64,000 bases of DNA from Hypanus sabinus (taxonomy: Eukaryota): the NCBI RefSeq assembly GCF_030144855.1, contig NC_082731.1:25916001-25980000 (forward strand), written 5' to 3'. A program made the translations under genes and the position numbers. The notes under the pieces are model-generated. The model worked only from the letters and a program-made list of their open reading frames with translations. It was not told where the DNA came from and did not search any database. Shown one piece after another: positions 10,790 to 24,286 of this stretch (positions are counted from its first letter, which is position 1; every line of letters begins with the position of its first letter).

Positions 10790-12060
10790 AGTTTTCTTTA
10801 AATCGGGTGTGTGCCTTTTACTGTTGAAAAGTGTTTTATTTTGTCGTTAGGTTGCATCAGGATCCCCTCGAATCCTCACATTAACTTACTAAAACATAGA
10901 TTAGATTCTGTTTTCTGCAGTTCCATGATTTTTCTTTGCAAACCATAGTCAATAATGCACAGCGTTTGCCATCTGATACCCGCTGTACCCGCTGATACTG
11001 TTGATGCAAGTGTCTCACGTATGGGCTCCAGCAATTTCTTCTCCCGACTCCAGTGATACGCTTAGATATACGTTCCTTGTCAAGCCCTGGCGTTCTATAT
11101 ACCTGCATAGATGTTGGGACCTAGAGATCCGCTTCTATCGTAATACAGACTCTCACCATGAACTTCAACCTTACATTAAATGGGTCCGAAGCCAAGTCTT
11201 TCTGTGCGCTAAAATTCGAAAAAAAAACCTACTTATCTAGGTCCTTGTATATTTACAATAGGACCATGAGAATATACCTCTAATCGTCTTCGAGGAGCCC
11301 AATTCTCCCATTTGTTTTGTCTTGTTATGCCTTCAAAAGGCTTAAATTTGCTTTGGGATCTCCTTAAGTTACTCTACCAAGGCTGTCTCATTTCGCAATG
11401 ATTATTGCTACCTCCCTACAGTGTGGCGTCCCCAATATTGTTCCAGCTAATCAATCGAACCCAGCTACAACTAACTGACCGATATTTCCTGCTTTTTCCA
11501 CGCCAGAGCATCAATATCCACATCATATGGTGTATCCTTCCCCCTATCATTCTTGCCCTTCACTACTACAGGAAGATGAATACCTTGATCTATCAATATA
11601 TCACTTTTAAGGCCTTCTACTTTCTGTGGTCCTTTTAGACACCACCAGACTGCTTCAAACATTACTCCAATAAATTTTTGCAAGCATCTTTCTCTGGCGT
11701 CTAAATTCGCCTTACTCCAATTTAAAACTTGAAAGTGTGGATTGGTTCTGAGACTTTCCTAGCGTTATGTTAAAACTAATAGACCTATGATCAGTGGTCC
11801 CAAAGTGCTCCCGCAATAATACATCAGTCACCATCCGGGTACTAGTACCTCAGAGCAAGTCAAGGTTTGCCCTCTTCTTCGTAAAGTACTCTGTACTTTT
11901 CCCAAATAGATAATGCCTCAACGTACTTAACAGCTTATATCCTGTCAGAAACGCTCAATGGATAATAGATCAATAATGTCATTGTTACCTTTTACTGGGA
12001 AATCCCCGGTAATCAAAATGCCATCTCCCCTCCTCTTTTTTCTCCTCTGCCTAAAGCATC
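10790..12060 (-). mobile_element. CR1-type LINE fragment (endonuclease end / RT start)
   Basis: Minus strand gives EHFGTTDH and VLNWSKANL-like motifs and QGIHLPVVVKGK...IDALAWKKQE (11471-11683). Confidence 0.65.
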
Positions 12061-13159
12061 GGTATCCTGGAAGGTTTAATTGGAAGTCATATCCTTCCCT
12101 TAGCTACATTTGCTTAATTGCTATGTAACCATGCCAGTCGCATGTAACTATAAAAGAACTAAGTTTACCTGTCTTACTTATTACACCATTTGTGTTGAAC
12201 TAAATACAATCCATTCCAATAGGCCTTTTTTTTTCTCCATTTCATTATTCTTTCTGACGTTCCTATTGAACTTTTTGTCACTGACATGCAGCACATCCAG
12301 CCTCACATTTTCCTGTCTGGTGCTTGATGATGACCACATATAAATCTTGGTTTAAATTAGCAGTAGAAAATCTGTCTGTCGGAGGTTGCAGGTGTAAACT
12401 GACATTCATGTACTAGTCCACACACGCTCCACACTTCATACGGAGTCCCAATAGATTCAAACTATCAGTGCTTCCAACGCTCCTTCTTCTTCAGACGTGT
12501 ATTTATCAGCCATATACTCATAAGTCGCTTCAAATCCTGTAACAGTAGAAGTAATCCTGAGATTCCTACCCACGAGGTCTTTCCCACCGATTGAGCGTTA
12601 TCAAGTTTTTTTATGAATTCTGTTTTTGTTTGATCAGAATATGCCTTGCAGAAAGTGCAGAGGAGATGCATTTGGACGTTGCTTGGATCAGACTATTTTA
12701 CTGATAAGCAGGGACCAGATGTGCGGGTTTATTTTTCATTGGTGTAAACAAAGCTAAGTTTCGATTTAAGTTTCTGATATTGAAAGACATTTGTGTGATG
12801 CATATTTTGCTTCTCATAGTAATATTATCAAAGGCATGAGGCAAAGGCTTCGCGAAGAATTCACAAGGAGAACTAAATGTTACGATTTATAAAGAGTTGC
12901 ACGTTTAAAGCATGGTGAAAGATTAATTAGTTGAATAAAATGACATAAAGGCTGTGCAATGCATTGAAACATGTAGTTCAATAAGAACTTCACAGACCAA
13001 TACAAACAACAGCCTCCAAGTGAGTTTAGTGTGTCTAACGCAAAAGGTTTGCATGGCCTAATCGGGCTAAGGAAGAATCGGCATTACAATTCGAGGGAAG
13101 AAATTACCGTGTCACAAATACAAAGTATTCTGCAGATGCTACAATTCCAGAATAAAACG

Positions 13160-13250
13160 GTCAAGATTCTGGTGATCTCAGCAGGTCAGGTAACATTTGT
13201 GGAGATGAATAAACCTTCAAGATTTCGGGCCTTAACCTCCTATATCATCT
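13160..13250 (+). mobile_element. SINE-like fragment
   Basis: tctcagcaggtcaggtaacatttgtggagatgaataaac..tttcgggcc resembles the common chondrichthyan SINE core (recalled, not searched). Confidence 0.35.
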
Positions 13251-13606
13251 TACATGTGCTGCCTAACCCTATAAAACCCTCGTAAGAGTTACATAGAATG
13301 GAAATATCTGGACGTATGCATTGAGCTTTGGAAGTTGTGAATCTTACCGAAGAGTTCCTTTGAGTTGTTGTATGAGTTTATTTTTTTTGTTTTTTTTCTC
13401 CTATTCATGATCAATACGCTGTATCAGGGGATGTCTTTGGCTGGTGTTTTTTTTTTTTTTTCGTTTCCTGCATTCAATTGACAACTGCAGATTTAATCCC
13501 AGAAATGTATTGGTTGCACACAACGGAAGATCTCTGGCCCATTGTTTCAATGGATGATTAATAAAGTCAACGTGATATGGGATGTTATTCTCTGTCCTGC
13601 TCCCAG

Positions 13607-13677
13607 CTGTATCGGTGAAGGTTGCTATGCTTCACGTGCACATCAGGTTACTTCTTCTGAAGAGCTGGATGCTGTGA
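13607..13677 (+). pseudogene. Candidate decayed TCR alpha/delta transmembrane exon, copy A
   Basis: Strong acceptor ttctctgtcctgctcccAG, then phase-1 frame VSVKVAMLHVHIRLLLLKSWML*. This echoes TCR-delta exon 3 (EKVNMM..LGLRMLFAKT) including the intramembrane R and K. It has short deletions and a premature TGA. Confidence 0.4.
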
Positions 13678-14334
13678 GAGACTGCGGATTACAGCCTGAA
13701 ATACAAATTCTACCTTCCTGGCCTACCCGCAATATCAGAGATTACCTTTAAAGCAAGAACTCTTTAAAAGGCTCAGGAGCTCAACATCACGCCATTAGAT
13801 TCCACCATCTTAAATATTTTTTTTTTCAATCTTACAAATCTGCATTGTTTAATTCCGAAACAATCACATCTAAGAAATTACTGGGCTGCTTTACGACACC
13901 GCCATGGTCTCGAATCCATTGAAGTATTTTTTTTTATTTCAGCCTCAGTTAGTCCAGAGCAAATAAACTGAAATTGCCATTTGAATCTGCCTTAATAGTT
14001 GAACTGATATAATATCAAAAATAATGCACAAGCATTAGAAGTTGCAAGGGATGATTTAAAGTAAAACCAAACTTCCTACCTTTCCTTTTCACAGCTGTAC
14101 ATCCCAACTATTGCTTTTATCAAGACATTTTTAGTTGGTCTGAAACGTACGTGTTTCTTTAAATGTGTCTTTGAAATACCCATTTGTAATTGCAACGAAA
14201 ATTTAAAAATCGCATGCATTTTAGTTCTGTATTAATTAAAGGATACAATGAAATACAGTAAAGCAAAGAAAAGAAATATTTCAAGCTTCGTACAAGCTTT
14301 CGAGTTAAAGATGAATGCCTGACATCATATTTTT

Positions 14335-14585
14335 TCTGCGCTCCATGTACCTACACAGGAGTCTCTTAAAAGACCCTGTGGTTTCCGCCTCCACAACTGT
14401 CGCCGCAGCCCATTCCACCCTCTCGCCACTCTCTGTGCAAAAGTCTTACCCATGACATCTCCTCAGTAACTACTTCAAAGCACCGTAAAACTGATAGCCA
14501 TTTCAGCCCTAGGAAAATATCTCTGGCTATCCACACGATCAATGGATATCAGCATCTTGTAGAACTCTATCAGGTCATTTCTTAT
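14335..14585 (-). mobile_element. CR1 3'-end fragment
   Basis: ctccatgtacct..gtctcttaaaag..gcctccacaactgtcgccgcagcccattccacc..ccactctctgtg is the reverse complement of the CR1 terminal region (..VV..WNGL..TVVEA..FKR.L..YM..). Confidence 0.55.
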
Positions 14586-15547
14586 TGGGTAGAAGGTTGG
14601 TGTGGAATACAACAGTATATTAGCAAGATACAAAGCTGGGCTATGAAATGGCACCGAACAGTAGCAGAGTTTTGGACCCCAAGATCCCTTTAATCCTCCA
14701 CACTACTATGTATACTTCCATTATTCTTGTGCTCTTATGTCAAGTTCGATATTACTTCACACGTTTGTACTCAACTGTTTTGTTTTACCCCATCTCTATT
14801 CTCATACTCGCTTGATTGTGAACTTCTTATTGTAACGATAGAAGACTATCATTGAAAAGACATTGTAGACTGTGTACTGGTCATCTCTAGTACTAACTTA
14901 TCATTTGCATTCACATAAATTCTTCACACCACCCCTGCCTTCATAAACATTTAAAGATTATTGATGGCAACTGAGTGCCATGCTCGTGGTCATTTCAAGT
15001 GCAAAGCACATATGAAATGCAGCTTATACCTCATTACACGATTACACCTGTTGGTCCACCACACACATTCCAAAACTCAACGCATTCCATAAAACGCGCA
15101 TGTCATTCATTTCCTTATAGCCTATTCCGTCCAATAGGCAATAGCATGTTGGTGGAAACCAGATCACCCTACTCAAAACCAGGAAGTCGCAAAGAGAACA
15201 GGGAACCTGTACACATAGACAGCACTCGAGGTCATGAACGAAAGCAGGCAGTCTGGGATAACCACGTTACAGACTGCATTACTCTGCCGTCCAAGGAACT
15301 TTATTCTCAACAAGAGTAATCACAGGATCGGGGACCGTTTACAGCACAAATAGATGGCAGTTGGCTCAACAGATGCCTGCTGGAATTATACATGAAATAT
15401 ACATCTTGGCTTACTGTTTGACTAAGTCGGTATGCCCTATTAATATTGAGCAGTTTTATCCACTGGAGTCCATGTCTTTGAAAAGAAAAACGGTTTTTTT
15501 AATGATGAGGGCGATGTGTGGTGTGGGTGGAGCTGTGAATTCTGTCT

Positions 15548-16800
15548 TATCATCATCATCAGGTGCCATGTCCTGTTTGACCGTTGATTGCCCAGGCCCA
15601 CATACCTCCTGTTTCGTGTCAAGTGGGTCAATTCATTGGTATTCTTTTCCAGCTTTCTGTCTGCTGAATCCATCATCATTTGCCTTTGCCTTCCTCTTGC
15701 TTTTATCCCTTCAATCTTTCCCACAATTACCGTGCATTCTAACTCTTTTTTTTCCTCACCACATGTCCAATGAAGTCGCGTTGCCTTTTTATAATCTCAT
15801 AAATTATTTCTGTTTTTGTGCTTGCTCTGTTCATGACATCCTCACTAGATATTCGTTTCCTCCATGATATTCTTTGCATCCTTCTCAAAAACCACATCTC
15901 TGCTTCTTCATTTCGTTTCATCATGTTACTAAATATTGTCCAACATTCTGAGCCATGTAACATAACTGGATAAACGTAGCATATCAGTGTTCTGAGTCAT
16001 GCCTTGTTTAGAGTTGGTCAGTATACTCTTCATTCTCGTAAAGTTGTCTTTTGCCATCCCTATTCTTCTTTGAATGTCCATGTCGCATCTGCCATCTGCT
16101 AACACCCAGCTTCCTATGTAGCAAACGTTCTGTACTTTGTTTATGCCTTCCCCGTTTGTTCTCAACCTGCAGTTAGGATTATCCTTGTTTTTGGATATGA
16201 CGATACATTCTGTATTTCTGCAGTTGATAGATATACCCATTTTTGCACTTTCATCAACAACTATTTCAATTATGTTTTGAAGTTCTTCCTCCGTACTTGC
16301 AATGAACACAGTGTCATCCGCATATCTAAAAGTATTGATGTTTTCACCGCCAACCTTGATCCCCAAGATGTCTCTTATTTTTGTGATATCGTTCCTCTGT
16401 ACACATTAAACAAATCATGGGAGAAAACACATCCCTTTTCCAACGCCTCTCTTGATTTTCGTACACTGACTCATTTTTCCATTTTGTTCGGTATCTTCAT
16501 TCCTGCCATAGTGCACACAAAACGATTGGAAAGGTTTCCACTATCCGTGCCAACATTGACCCCTCAACGAACACGACAAAATGCCAGATATGTTTATACG
16601 TCATTACTGCTTCAGAGAGGTTACATTGTGTAACACATTCCCTTCATTACAACAGTGACACCACTTCAATTTTTTTTCTTCACTGTCTGGGGAACTTCCT
16701 CTGATTTGTGCTAAAGTCATGAAAGATGCTGAGCGACTGAAAGTCACCTTGACAGGGATGATCTTTGGTTTCTTTAGTAATTCTATCACAGCAGTTTATA
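15548..16800 (-). mobile_element. RTE-clade LINE, 5'-truncated
   Basis: Minus-strand RT fragments GIKVGGENINTFRYADDTV...RRIGMAK, GSECWT...EAEMWFLRRMQRISW and GKIEG..ARGRQR. The 3' end is ggcacct(gat)n. Confidence 0.85.
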
Positions 16801-17749
16801 TTTGAAAGAGGATGCAAGATTTAGTACACGCAGAACCGCCGTCATCGTGTTGTGTAAACAACCTTACCCAGTGTGCTGATCTACGCTTTGGAGGCTCACT
16901 CCTGTGAGTTTTCTTTCACTATCGACCCTTGTCTCCGAACCTGCTGAGGAGTATGTTGTGACCAGCAACAATAGGTTCTCCGCTTCCCATGATCTTCATG
17001 CATCAAAAAATATTTTCCTCTCACCGGGTAAGGCAGGACAATAAGCCTCCTAACACTGGTGAAGAGTGATGTGCCCAGGACTTAGCAGTCAAATTAATTT
17101 GTTAGGCCTCTTAACAAGAACATTTCGCATCAGTATACAATACACGTATTTGCACCCAGGGATTTGTGTTTAATATTGATTATCCTTGTATGGGTGCAGA
17201 CAGAAGATTTTGTGATTATTCTTTTTGCTCCTTAATGCATTTGCTTACTCTGGGCAATGCCACTCCGATCGCGTCCCTCAGAAAGTCATCTGTCCATTGA
17301 CTTGTGTGTCTTAGCCCATGACTCTCAGCGCGATATCTATTCACGTATCGGTGTCTCTCTGTTCCGGTCGCCTAGGACATGATACAGACAAAACGTACTT
17401 ACCACTTGTTGGTCCCAGGATGTATCTGATCTTTGGCTGCTAATCTGCCAGACTGGAGTAATTCTGCCTCCTGCACAGCCAACACTGAGCAGCTCAGGGA
17501 ACATATGTGGTTTGAGAAACAGAGATACTGTTTCACATCAGTGACCTTTAACCAATTCCTGTCAGACTGATTCGTGGCAACTACGCTCTTCCATTTTTTT
17601 TAAATTTTACTGAATTTATTCTGATGAAACCAACTTGTCTTTCATTGACTTCTGTAAGCCCAAAATATCCCAGGGCCTTTCTCAAGTCATTAATTGCTTC
17701 TGCACTGTGTCACTTCATATGGGGATCACTTTTGTCTATTTTATCACTT

Positions 17750-18980
17750 GTAAGGGCTGCTTGCCCTGAGCTAAACCCACGTTCCCGGAACTAGAGGAAC
17801 TGTTTTTCGCTCTTGGCGTAGCCTCTACACTTTGATCGGTATGTCATAAGTGATCCTACCACACGCCAAAGCGAAGACGCTGAGGGTCATTGAGGCTCGC
17901 AAGCCTTCAAACCTCCAGGAGAAATCTGCTAAATGAAGCCTACCACATATATCCCACTATGTTCGTGTCATTGTGTATATATATTTACATGTAATATTGC
18001 AGCTACATAAAACTTTGGCTCGACTACTTTTTGAGTATTCCGAGCAATTCTCATCTCACATTTTAGGAATGATGGGATGTTTTGGATATGGCTCAGATGT
18101 GGCTCAATGAATGTTCTCTGTATTGCCTTGTATGATATATGAGGGATATTTAAACAAATTAGGACTGCATTGTCTTGAGCACTGAAGCCTGTCGACCAAG
18201 CTGGTGAAATATATAATAACTTTAATGCCAAGTTTGAACCGTGATATCGTTAGCCACAATGACTTAAGATGAAGGAGAGTATACTAAAGAGGATACACAA
18301 GATATGATTTTTTTTTAATGCGGACTGAAAGCATCTGGAACTTCAGCAGAAGTTTTGGAGTGGGATTAGATTGCTAAGTGCTTCTTCAGTGCGTCACTTC
18401 ATATGAGGAACACTTCGTCCTTTTTTTCGTTTGTTATGGTTGTTGGCCCCGAGCTGAACCCCAGCCCACGTATCGAGTTGACCGCTCTATCATTTTTATC
18501 GCAGCCACCACAATTTAATCTGTATGGCATAAGTGAACCTACGAATTGCCAGAGCTCAAGGCCGTCAGGGACCTTGAGGCAAGCAAGACTTCAAACCCTA
18601 CAAGCCTTTGCGCCTCTGGAAGAGGAGTGTGCAGAATGAAGCTACAGTATATATCCCGTTATCGTTCGTGTAACTGAGTACAAATGTCAGCAAGTAATAT
18701 CATAGTTCTATAAATGTTTTGCTCGACTTCATTTTTAATATTGCGAGCAGTTTTCGTTGTCATTTTTGAGGAAGGATGTGAGGATTTGGAAGTGGCACGG
18801 AGGTGGGTCACTAGTATGTTATCTGGATTGGCTTGTATAACATATAAGTGAGTTTAAACAAAATAGGATTGCATTATCTTGAGCATTAAAGCCTGTCGAC
18901 AACCTGGTGAAATATATAATTTCACAGCATGATAGGGAAGATAATCACTGTTTTTTATGCCAAGGTGGAACCGTGAAATG
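17750..18980 (+). repeat. Old local tandem duplication (~0.7 kb period) containing CR1 remnants
   Basis: gagcactgaagcctgtcgaccaagctggtgaaatatataat (~18178) recurs as gagcattaaagcctgtcgacaacctggtgaaatatataat (~18881). ggcataagtga.cctac and CR1 LQLYKTL-like segments also occur twice. Confidence 0.5.
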
Positions 18981-20052
18981 GTACACGAGAATTTTATTTT
19001 AAATGCGAAGACTGAAAGTATCAGGAACTTCGGCAGAACATATGGAAGCGGATCCTCTTGCAATATCGAAGAGACAATGTCATAGACGATGCATCATGTA
19101 GGGAATAGGCGAATATGCAGCTTTAAAACCGCATCATGATTGCCACAGACAGGCGTGAGCTAAACAGGCATTGCCTTTACAGTTCTATATTTAAGTGCTG
19201 AACTACACGAATGTGTTATGGTCTTAGATTATTAGACTCATAACGGGTTGTCTGTGAAATTTAATGCTTGTGTCATTGCGTCCCCGGAAACATTTTAGCC
19301 ATAACAAATTCAAAATAAAACAGACGTTGGGATTTCAAAAATAAATCTGCAAATGCTCACGAGGTCAGGTCGTATCCACGACGAGTAAGAAACGCCAGTT
19401 AACCTTTCAGTTCAAAAAAGACCACCGTCAGAAGTTGGAACGAGAAAGAGGAACTATTGTGGAGCAAGTGTTTGAGTGGGGATGTGATATACACGTTGAC
19501 ATAGAAATGGCCCTTATAAAGTAATTGTCTAATCATAGTTTGAGAATAAATACACGAACAAATTAGCATATAAAATAATCTACTGAAGTCCAAATACAGA
19601 GAAGGAAGATATGCCCAGTAGTCCAGGATTGCCAACATTATTACCCTTAAAAGTACTGACAGAGGTGGAAGTATCAAAATACCTCAGTGTGAACCATTTC
19701 ACTGTAGAGGATGACGTGGAAGAGAATCAGAGTGTTTTACAGTACATGAACGGGATTTTTCAGCCGCCCGAGATGTCTATATACAATCATTTCATTTGTA
19801 GTTATTTCATCCTTTCAATTTTCTGCCTATCTTATTCATTCACATTCACAATTGCCTTTAAAAATTGCCTATTGGATGAGCTGCAAAGGCTTATCTGGAA
19901 ATTATTTGGAAATAACCATAGCCCCCTGTATGGGGTAATATCGCTAAGATATTCTTTACTTTCCGGCCCTCTCACCATAAACCTGTGCCATCTGGTGGTA
20001 ACCTCGTGTGCCCTGGGAAATGAACTCTGACTGCACCTGTCCGGCTGGCCGG

Positions 20053-23000
20053 TTTTCTTTCCAATATGTTTTATTAAGTTACGTATAAGAATACAGACTA
20101 CAATAAAAAATATATATGTATCAATATACTATACTAAATCGCATATAAAGACTCTTTTCCCTGTATTCATACAGATTAATACATGCATTACATTGAAGTA
20201 TAGTAATTTTATTATATAAAAAGATCTAACCCACTATCAAGACCGAAGCTGAATAGTAAAAAGTAAATTAAATTATTAGTCATCATCTGTACTTTAACAG
20301 CAAATCAAAGCATTTGAATATAATTTAGAAAAGATCCCCAAAATGTTTGAAGCTGTTGACTATATACAGAGATTGAACGTCGAATCTTCTCTACATTTAA
20401 CCAGGACATCATATCACGTATCCACTGGGCGTGAAAAGGAGGTGCCGCATCTTTCAATTTATGCAAGCGTGTTCTTCTGGCCATAAGAGACATAAGCAAA
20501 TATGTGCAAGTCAGATGTCTGCAAAATAATATCCTTTCCTGCAACAATAATAAGTAAAGTGGTGAAAGGATTAGGCTTAAAGTTTATCTTGAAAATATCG
20601 AAAGTTTGAAATACTTCATTCCAATGTGTTCCCAGACTCGGACATGTGCAAAACATATGAATGAGTGAAGCTTCTCCATTATTGCATTTATCACAATACG
20701 GAGATATATCTAAATAAAACGGAGACAACATATCCTTAGTCATATGGGCCCAATGGACCACATTAAATTGTAGGAAAGAATGGCGAGAATATAAAGATGA
20801 AGTGATAACCAATTCAGCAATTTGATTCCAAGTTTCCTCAGACATTGAAGACTGTAAATCTTGTTCCCAAACATTTTTAATTGTATCTAAAGGAACGCTT
20901 CTCATTCCCAAAAGCATGTTATAAACATTAGATATAGATCCATTATAACAATGTTTCAAATTAATAATTACATCCAGTATATTCTTATCAGGATTTTTGT
21001 GAAATGTACTTATTTGAGACCGAAAAGAATCCCTTATTTTTAGGTATCGAAAGAAATGAGTTTTGAGTGTACTATATAGTTGACGGTTTGACAGTTGTTC
21101 AAACGAAAAGAGACCTCCCTCTGCAAACAAGACCTGAAAGCTTTAATACCTAACCTATCCCTTTCTTTGACAGCCACGTCAATCAGAGACTGTTTAAAAA
21201 AAATTATCAGAAAAAAAATGGGACTCGAAAGGGAAAATCTCAATAGTCAAAGTATTTTCGGAATTGTATCCAAATTCTCATAGTGTGTTTAACTACCAGA
21301 ATATCAGTGAAGTTACTCAAATACAAAGGAAGTAAGGATCCAATAAGAGAAATAATAGAAAATTTATTAACACAATTAGCTTCTAAATGAACCCACATCG
21401 GTGAATCCTCACGATTAATGCAATATAACCAAAATATAAGATTTCTTATATTAACTGCCCAATAGTAAAATCTAAAATTTGGTAAAGCTAATTCCTCATT
21501 CTTTTTATATTTCTGAAGATGAGTGTTATTTACTCTGGAACGCTTGTTCTTCCATATATAAGAATATAACAGAGTTCAGAGACTGAAAAAAAAAAATATT
21601 TAGGAATAAAAACAGTCAATGCCTGAAAAAGGATATATACATTTCGATCATATATTCATTTTGATAGAGTTAATTCGACAAATCAGCGGTAAAGAAAGAA
21701 GGGACTAATTTGATAGTATCCTTTTTACGTGGTTCAATAGGGTAAGAATTTTTTCTTTAAAAAGACACTTATAGTTTTTAGTAATTGATACACCTAAGTA
21801 GGTAAATTGGTTTCTTAAATTTTTAAAAGGAAGTTTAGAGTTTGTTGGTATCAAATTATTCAAAGGGAAAAGTTCACATTTATTTAAGATCAAACAGGAG
21901 AGTAAACAAAGCGCATGGGGTAACAAAGTCTCAACGTTAGAAATAAATAGCAGTTGATTATCACGGTACAGCAAGATTATGTGAATAGTGTCTATTCATA
22001 ACACTCCAGTAATATCATTGGATTCTCCAAAGGCAATGGCTATGGGTTCGAAGGCCAGATCAAAAAGCAAAGGTTTCAACGGACAGCCCTGTCTAGTGCC
22101 ACGTTGAAGATTAAATCGTTTGGAATTATGAGAATTGGTGATAACCCTGGTGAAAGGAACTATATAATATAATTTAACCCATGGAATGAAAACGTGTCCA
22201 AAATTGCATTTTTTTTAAGATTAGGTAAATAATTCCATTCAAATCGGTAGAAAGCTTTCTCAGCATCTAGGGATACTACACATTCCAATTTCATGATAGA
22301 AGGAGAATTTGAAAAACAACATTAAGTAACCGACGAATATCAAAGTGAGTCTATCGATTTTTTTATGTAAAGCTTAGTTATCGGAAATGAGAGATAGTAA
22401 AATATTTTCAATCTTATGGGCCAAAACGTTAGATAGGTTCTTAGTATCAGTATTAAGTAAAGGAAGTGTTCCATAAGAAGAGCATTCAGTTGGATCATGC
22501 TTCTTTTTTAAGAATAAGCAAAATGGAAGTCTCATAAAATGATTAATGGAGTCTGCACGACTTGAAAGAATCCGAAAAATCAGAACATAAATGAGATATA
22601 AGCAGTGAGGAAAAGATCTTGTGAAACTTTCCAGAAAATCTATCTGGATCCGCAGATTTATTTAAACGTAATGAGTGGACAGGCTCAACAATTTCCTCAT
22701 CTTTATAAGAATGTTTTCAGTAGCAATCCGAAAACGTACATCAAATCCAAATAACAAACCTTGAGATATATTATCTAAGCAACAGAACAGACTAGACAAG
22801 ATTCCCAAATGAGCTTCAAAATAAAAGAACTCCCCATCCCCCTCCCTCGTCCCAAAGAGAGAAAATAGATAAAAGAACCACCGCTATCTAGCGCCACTGA
22901 AAACATCCCCACAGAAATCCTATTCGTTACGCTCCAAAGAATTCAAAGTTAACTACTGTTCCAACCAGGACAAATTAAAATTAAATGAAAAGCAAGCTTA

Positions 23001-23985
23001 GACAGGTTTATCAAACAGAAAGAGCAATTATTCACACTGAAAAATATTAATCTGTATTTTTTTAATTTATAGTATTTTTGTTTTTGCAATATTTTTAATA
23101 TTTTCAATTTATGTATAGTCAATATTTTAATCTAAAGATTCTTGCGCCTGCCCTTCGTATAAAGCGATCTAAATGATCCACCTTCCATTGCTATTCATGG
23201 TCGTGCCAGACAACAAAGAGAGGCTTAAAATGCTGGCTGTTTGCTCCGCCATAACTTTTGAAAAATTAACACGTTCTGCTATAAATTCTGATGAAGAATC
23301 TTCAACAATACCAATCGTTTGATCTTGGTAGTCAATCATACCTTTTCTACGGTCAACTCGAATCATACGATTCTTTATTTGAAATTCATGGAAACATATA
23401 ATGTCTGATCTTGGTTTTGATCTTGAAGTCGATCCGTAGATAGGCGATCTGTGATCACAATCAGTCAAAGTCAGATATAGTATTGGCGAATAATTCCATC
23501 GAAAGGTTTGGAATTTTTTTTTAGGATTATCTCCTTCAGTTTGCTGTTTAAGTACCAAGATTCGTATGTTGTTTCTCCTACCTCTGTTTTCCAAATGAAT
23601 AATCTTCTGTCTCAGTTTGATAAGAGCAGACAGCTTTTGCAAATCATCCATTCTCTCGAGCAGTATAGTAATATCCTGATCATGTTCCTTTATCTTCGTA
23701 TCACGCTCGGTTAGAATTGCTGTAATATCTTCTAGTTTCGTATTTAATTGTTTAACTTCAGCGCTGATTTATTGCGAATCAGCCGACGCTTCTTTTCTGA
23801 ACTGTTGAGACTCCTCAGTAGGTTTTTGAATTTAGCCCGTAATCCCTTCCAAAGCAGCTCTGGGAGTCATGGTAATATAATAACCCACCTAACAGTAGTA
23901 TTTCAAAACTTTGGAGAGAAAAGTAAGTAAGCTAGGAGCACTAGCAGGGAGCTGTTACTCCATCAGCAGCCACCAAGTAAAAGTG
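20053..23985 (-). mobile_element. L1-clade LINE, old and internally deleted (copy A)
   Basis: ORF1 remnant LENRGRRNNIRIL (23169-23651). ORF2 remnants include SLDAEKAF, GTRQGCP, and HMTK..CDKC..ASLIHMFCTCP (20459-21130). AATAAA and T-tract lie at ~20053-20074 on the reverse complement. The endonuclease portion appears missing. Confidence 0.9.
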
Positions 23986-23999
23986 TGCCGTGGAAAAGA

Positions 24000-24263
24000 A
24001 TCAGAGTGCACTAAACAGACAGAACTTTGATGTTGCCGCCTTTTTGTTTGTTTACCTTGTATATATATAGTATTGCCTATACTCTTAATTTCAGTAAACT
24101 CTTTAAAGTGTATTTCATTACGGTATTTGTTGTGGGTTTGATACTGTCGGCGGGCGCGAGGTATAAACTGGATTCTCACAGCACCTGCGTGTACGGGAGG
24201 TGGGTTGGTGAGTTGTTGGAACTCCGTTTCCCCGAGACATATACCAGCCTTTTGGGTGTTACA
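24000..24263 (+). repeat. 5' LTR (3' half only)
   Basis: Matches 30066-30391 and ends gtgttaCA. The first ~200 bp of the 3' LTR has no counterpart upstream. Confidence 0.85.
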
Positions 24264-24267
24264 TTTG

Positions 24268-24286
24268 TGGGGTGGTCGTCCAGGAT
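24268..24286 (+). promoter_or_regulatory. Primer binding site, tRNA-Pro-like
   Basis: tggggtggtcgtccaggat versus the tRNA-Pro PBS TGGGGGCTCGTCCGGGAT (1 insertion, 2 mismatches), 4 nt after the LTR end. Confidence 0.65.

Larger units (their letters stand above)
1..23239. repeat. Segmental duplication, copy A (continues left of window)
   Basis: Collinear with 37539-64000. Base 5 aligns with 37543 (gtgattctgcttcaataagtaattaattgtctgcag) and 23239 aligns with 64000. About 25 substitutions in the first 360 bp. Shared V gene, CR1s, RTE and minus-strand L1 occur in the same order. Confidence 0.97.

Noticed and set aside
14975-15319. 114-codon ORF open in both copies
   Set aside because: GTG start, no known motif, and copy-to-copy changes are mostly non-synonymous, so there is no sign of selection.
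17380-17500. Minus-strand GTAAGT donor with a short open frame
   Set aside because: No acceptor or recognisable product; frames differ in stop content between copies.
17703-17709. Isolated CACTGTG/CACAGTG words (also 58521, 59169, and within CR1/RTE/Gypsy)
   Set aside because: No nonamer at 12 or 23 bp; several lie inside retroelement coding sequence.
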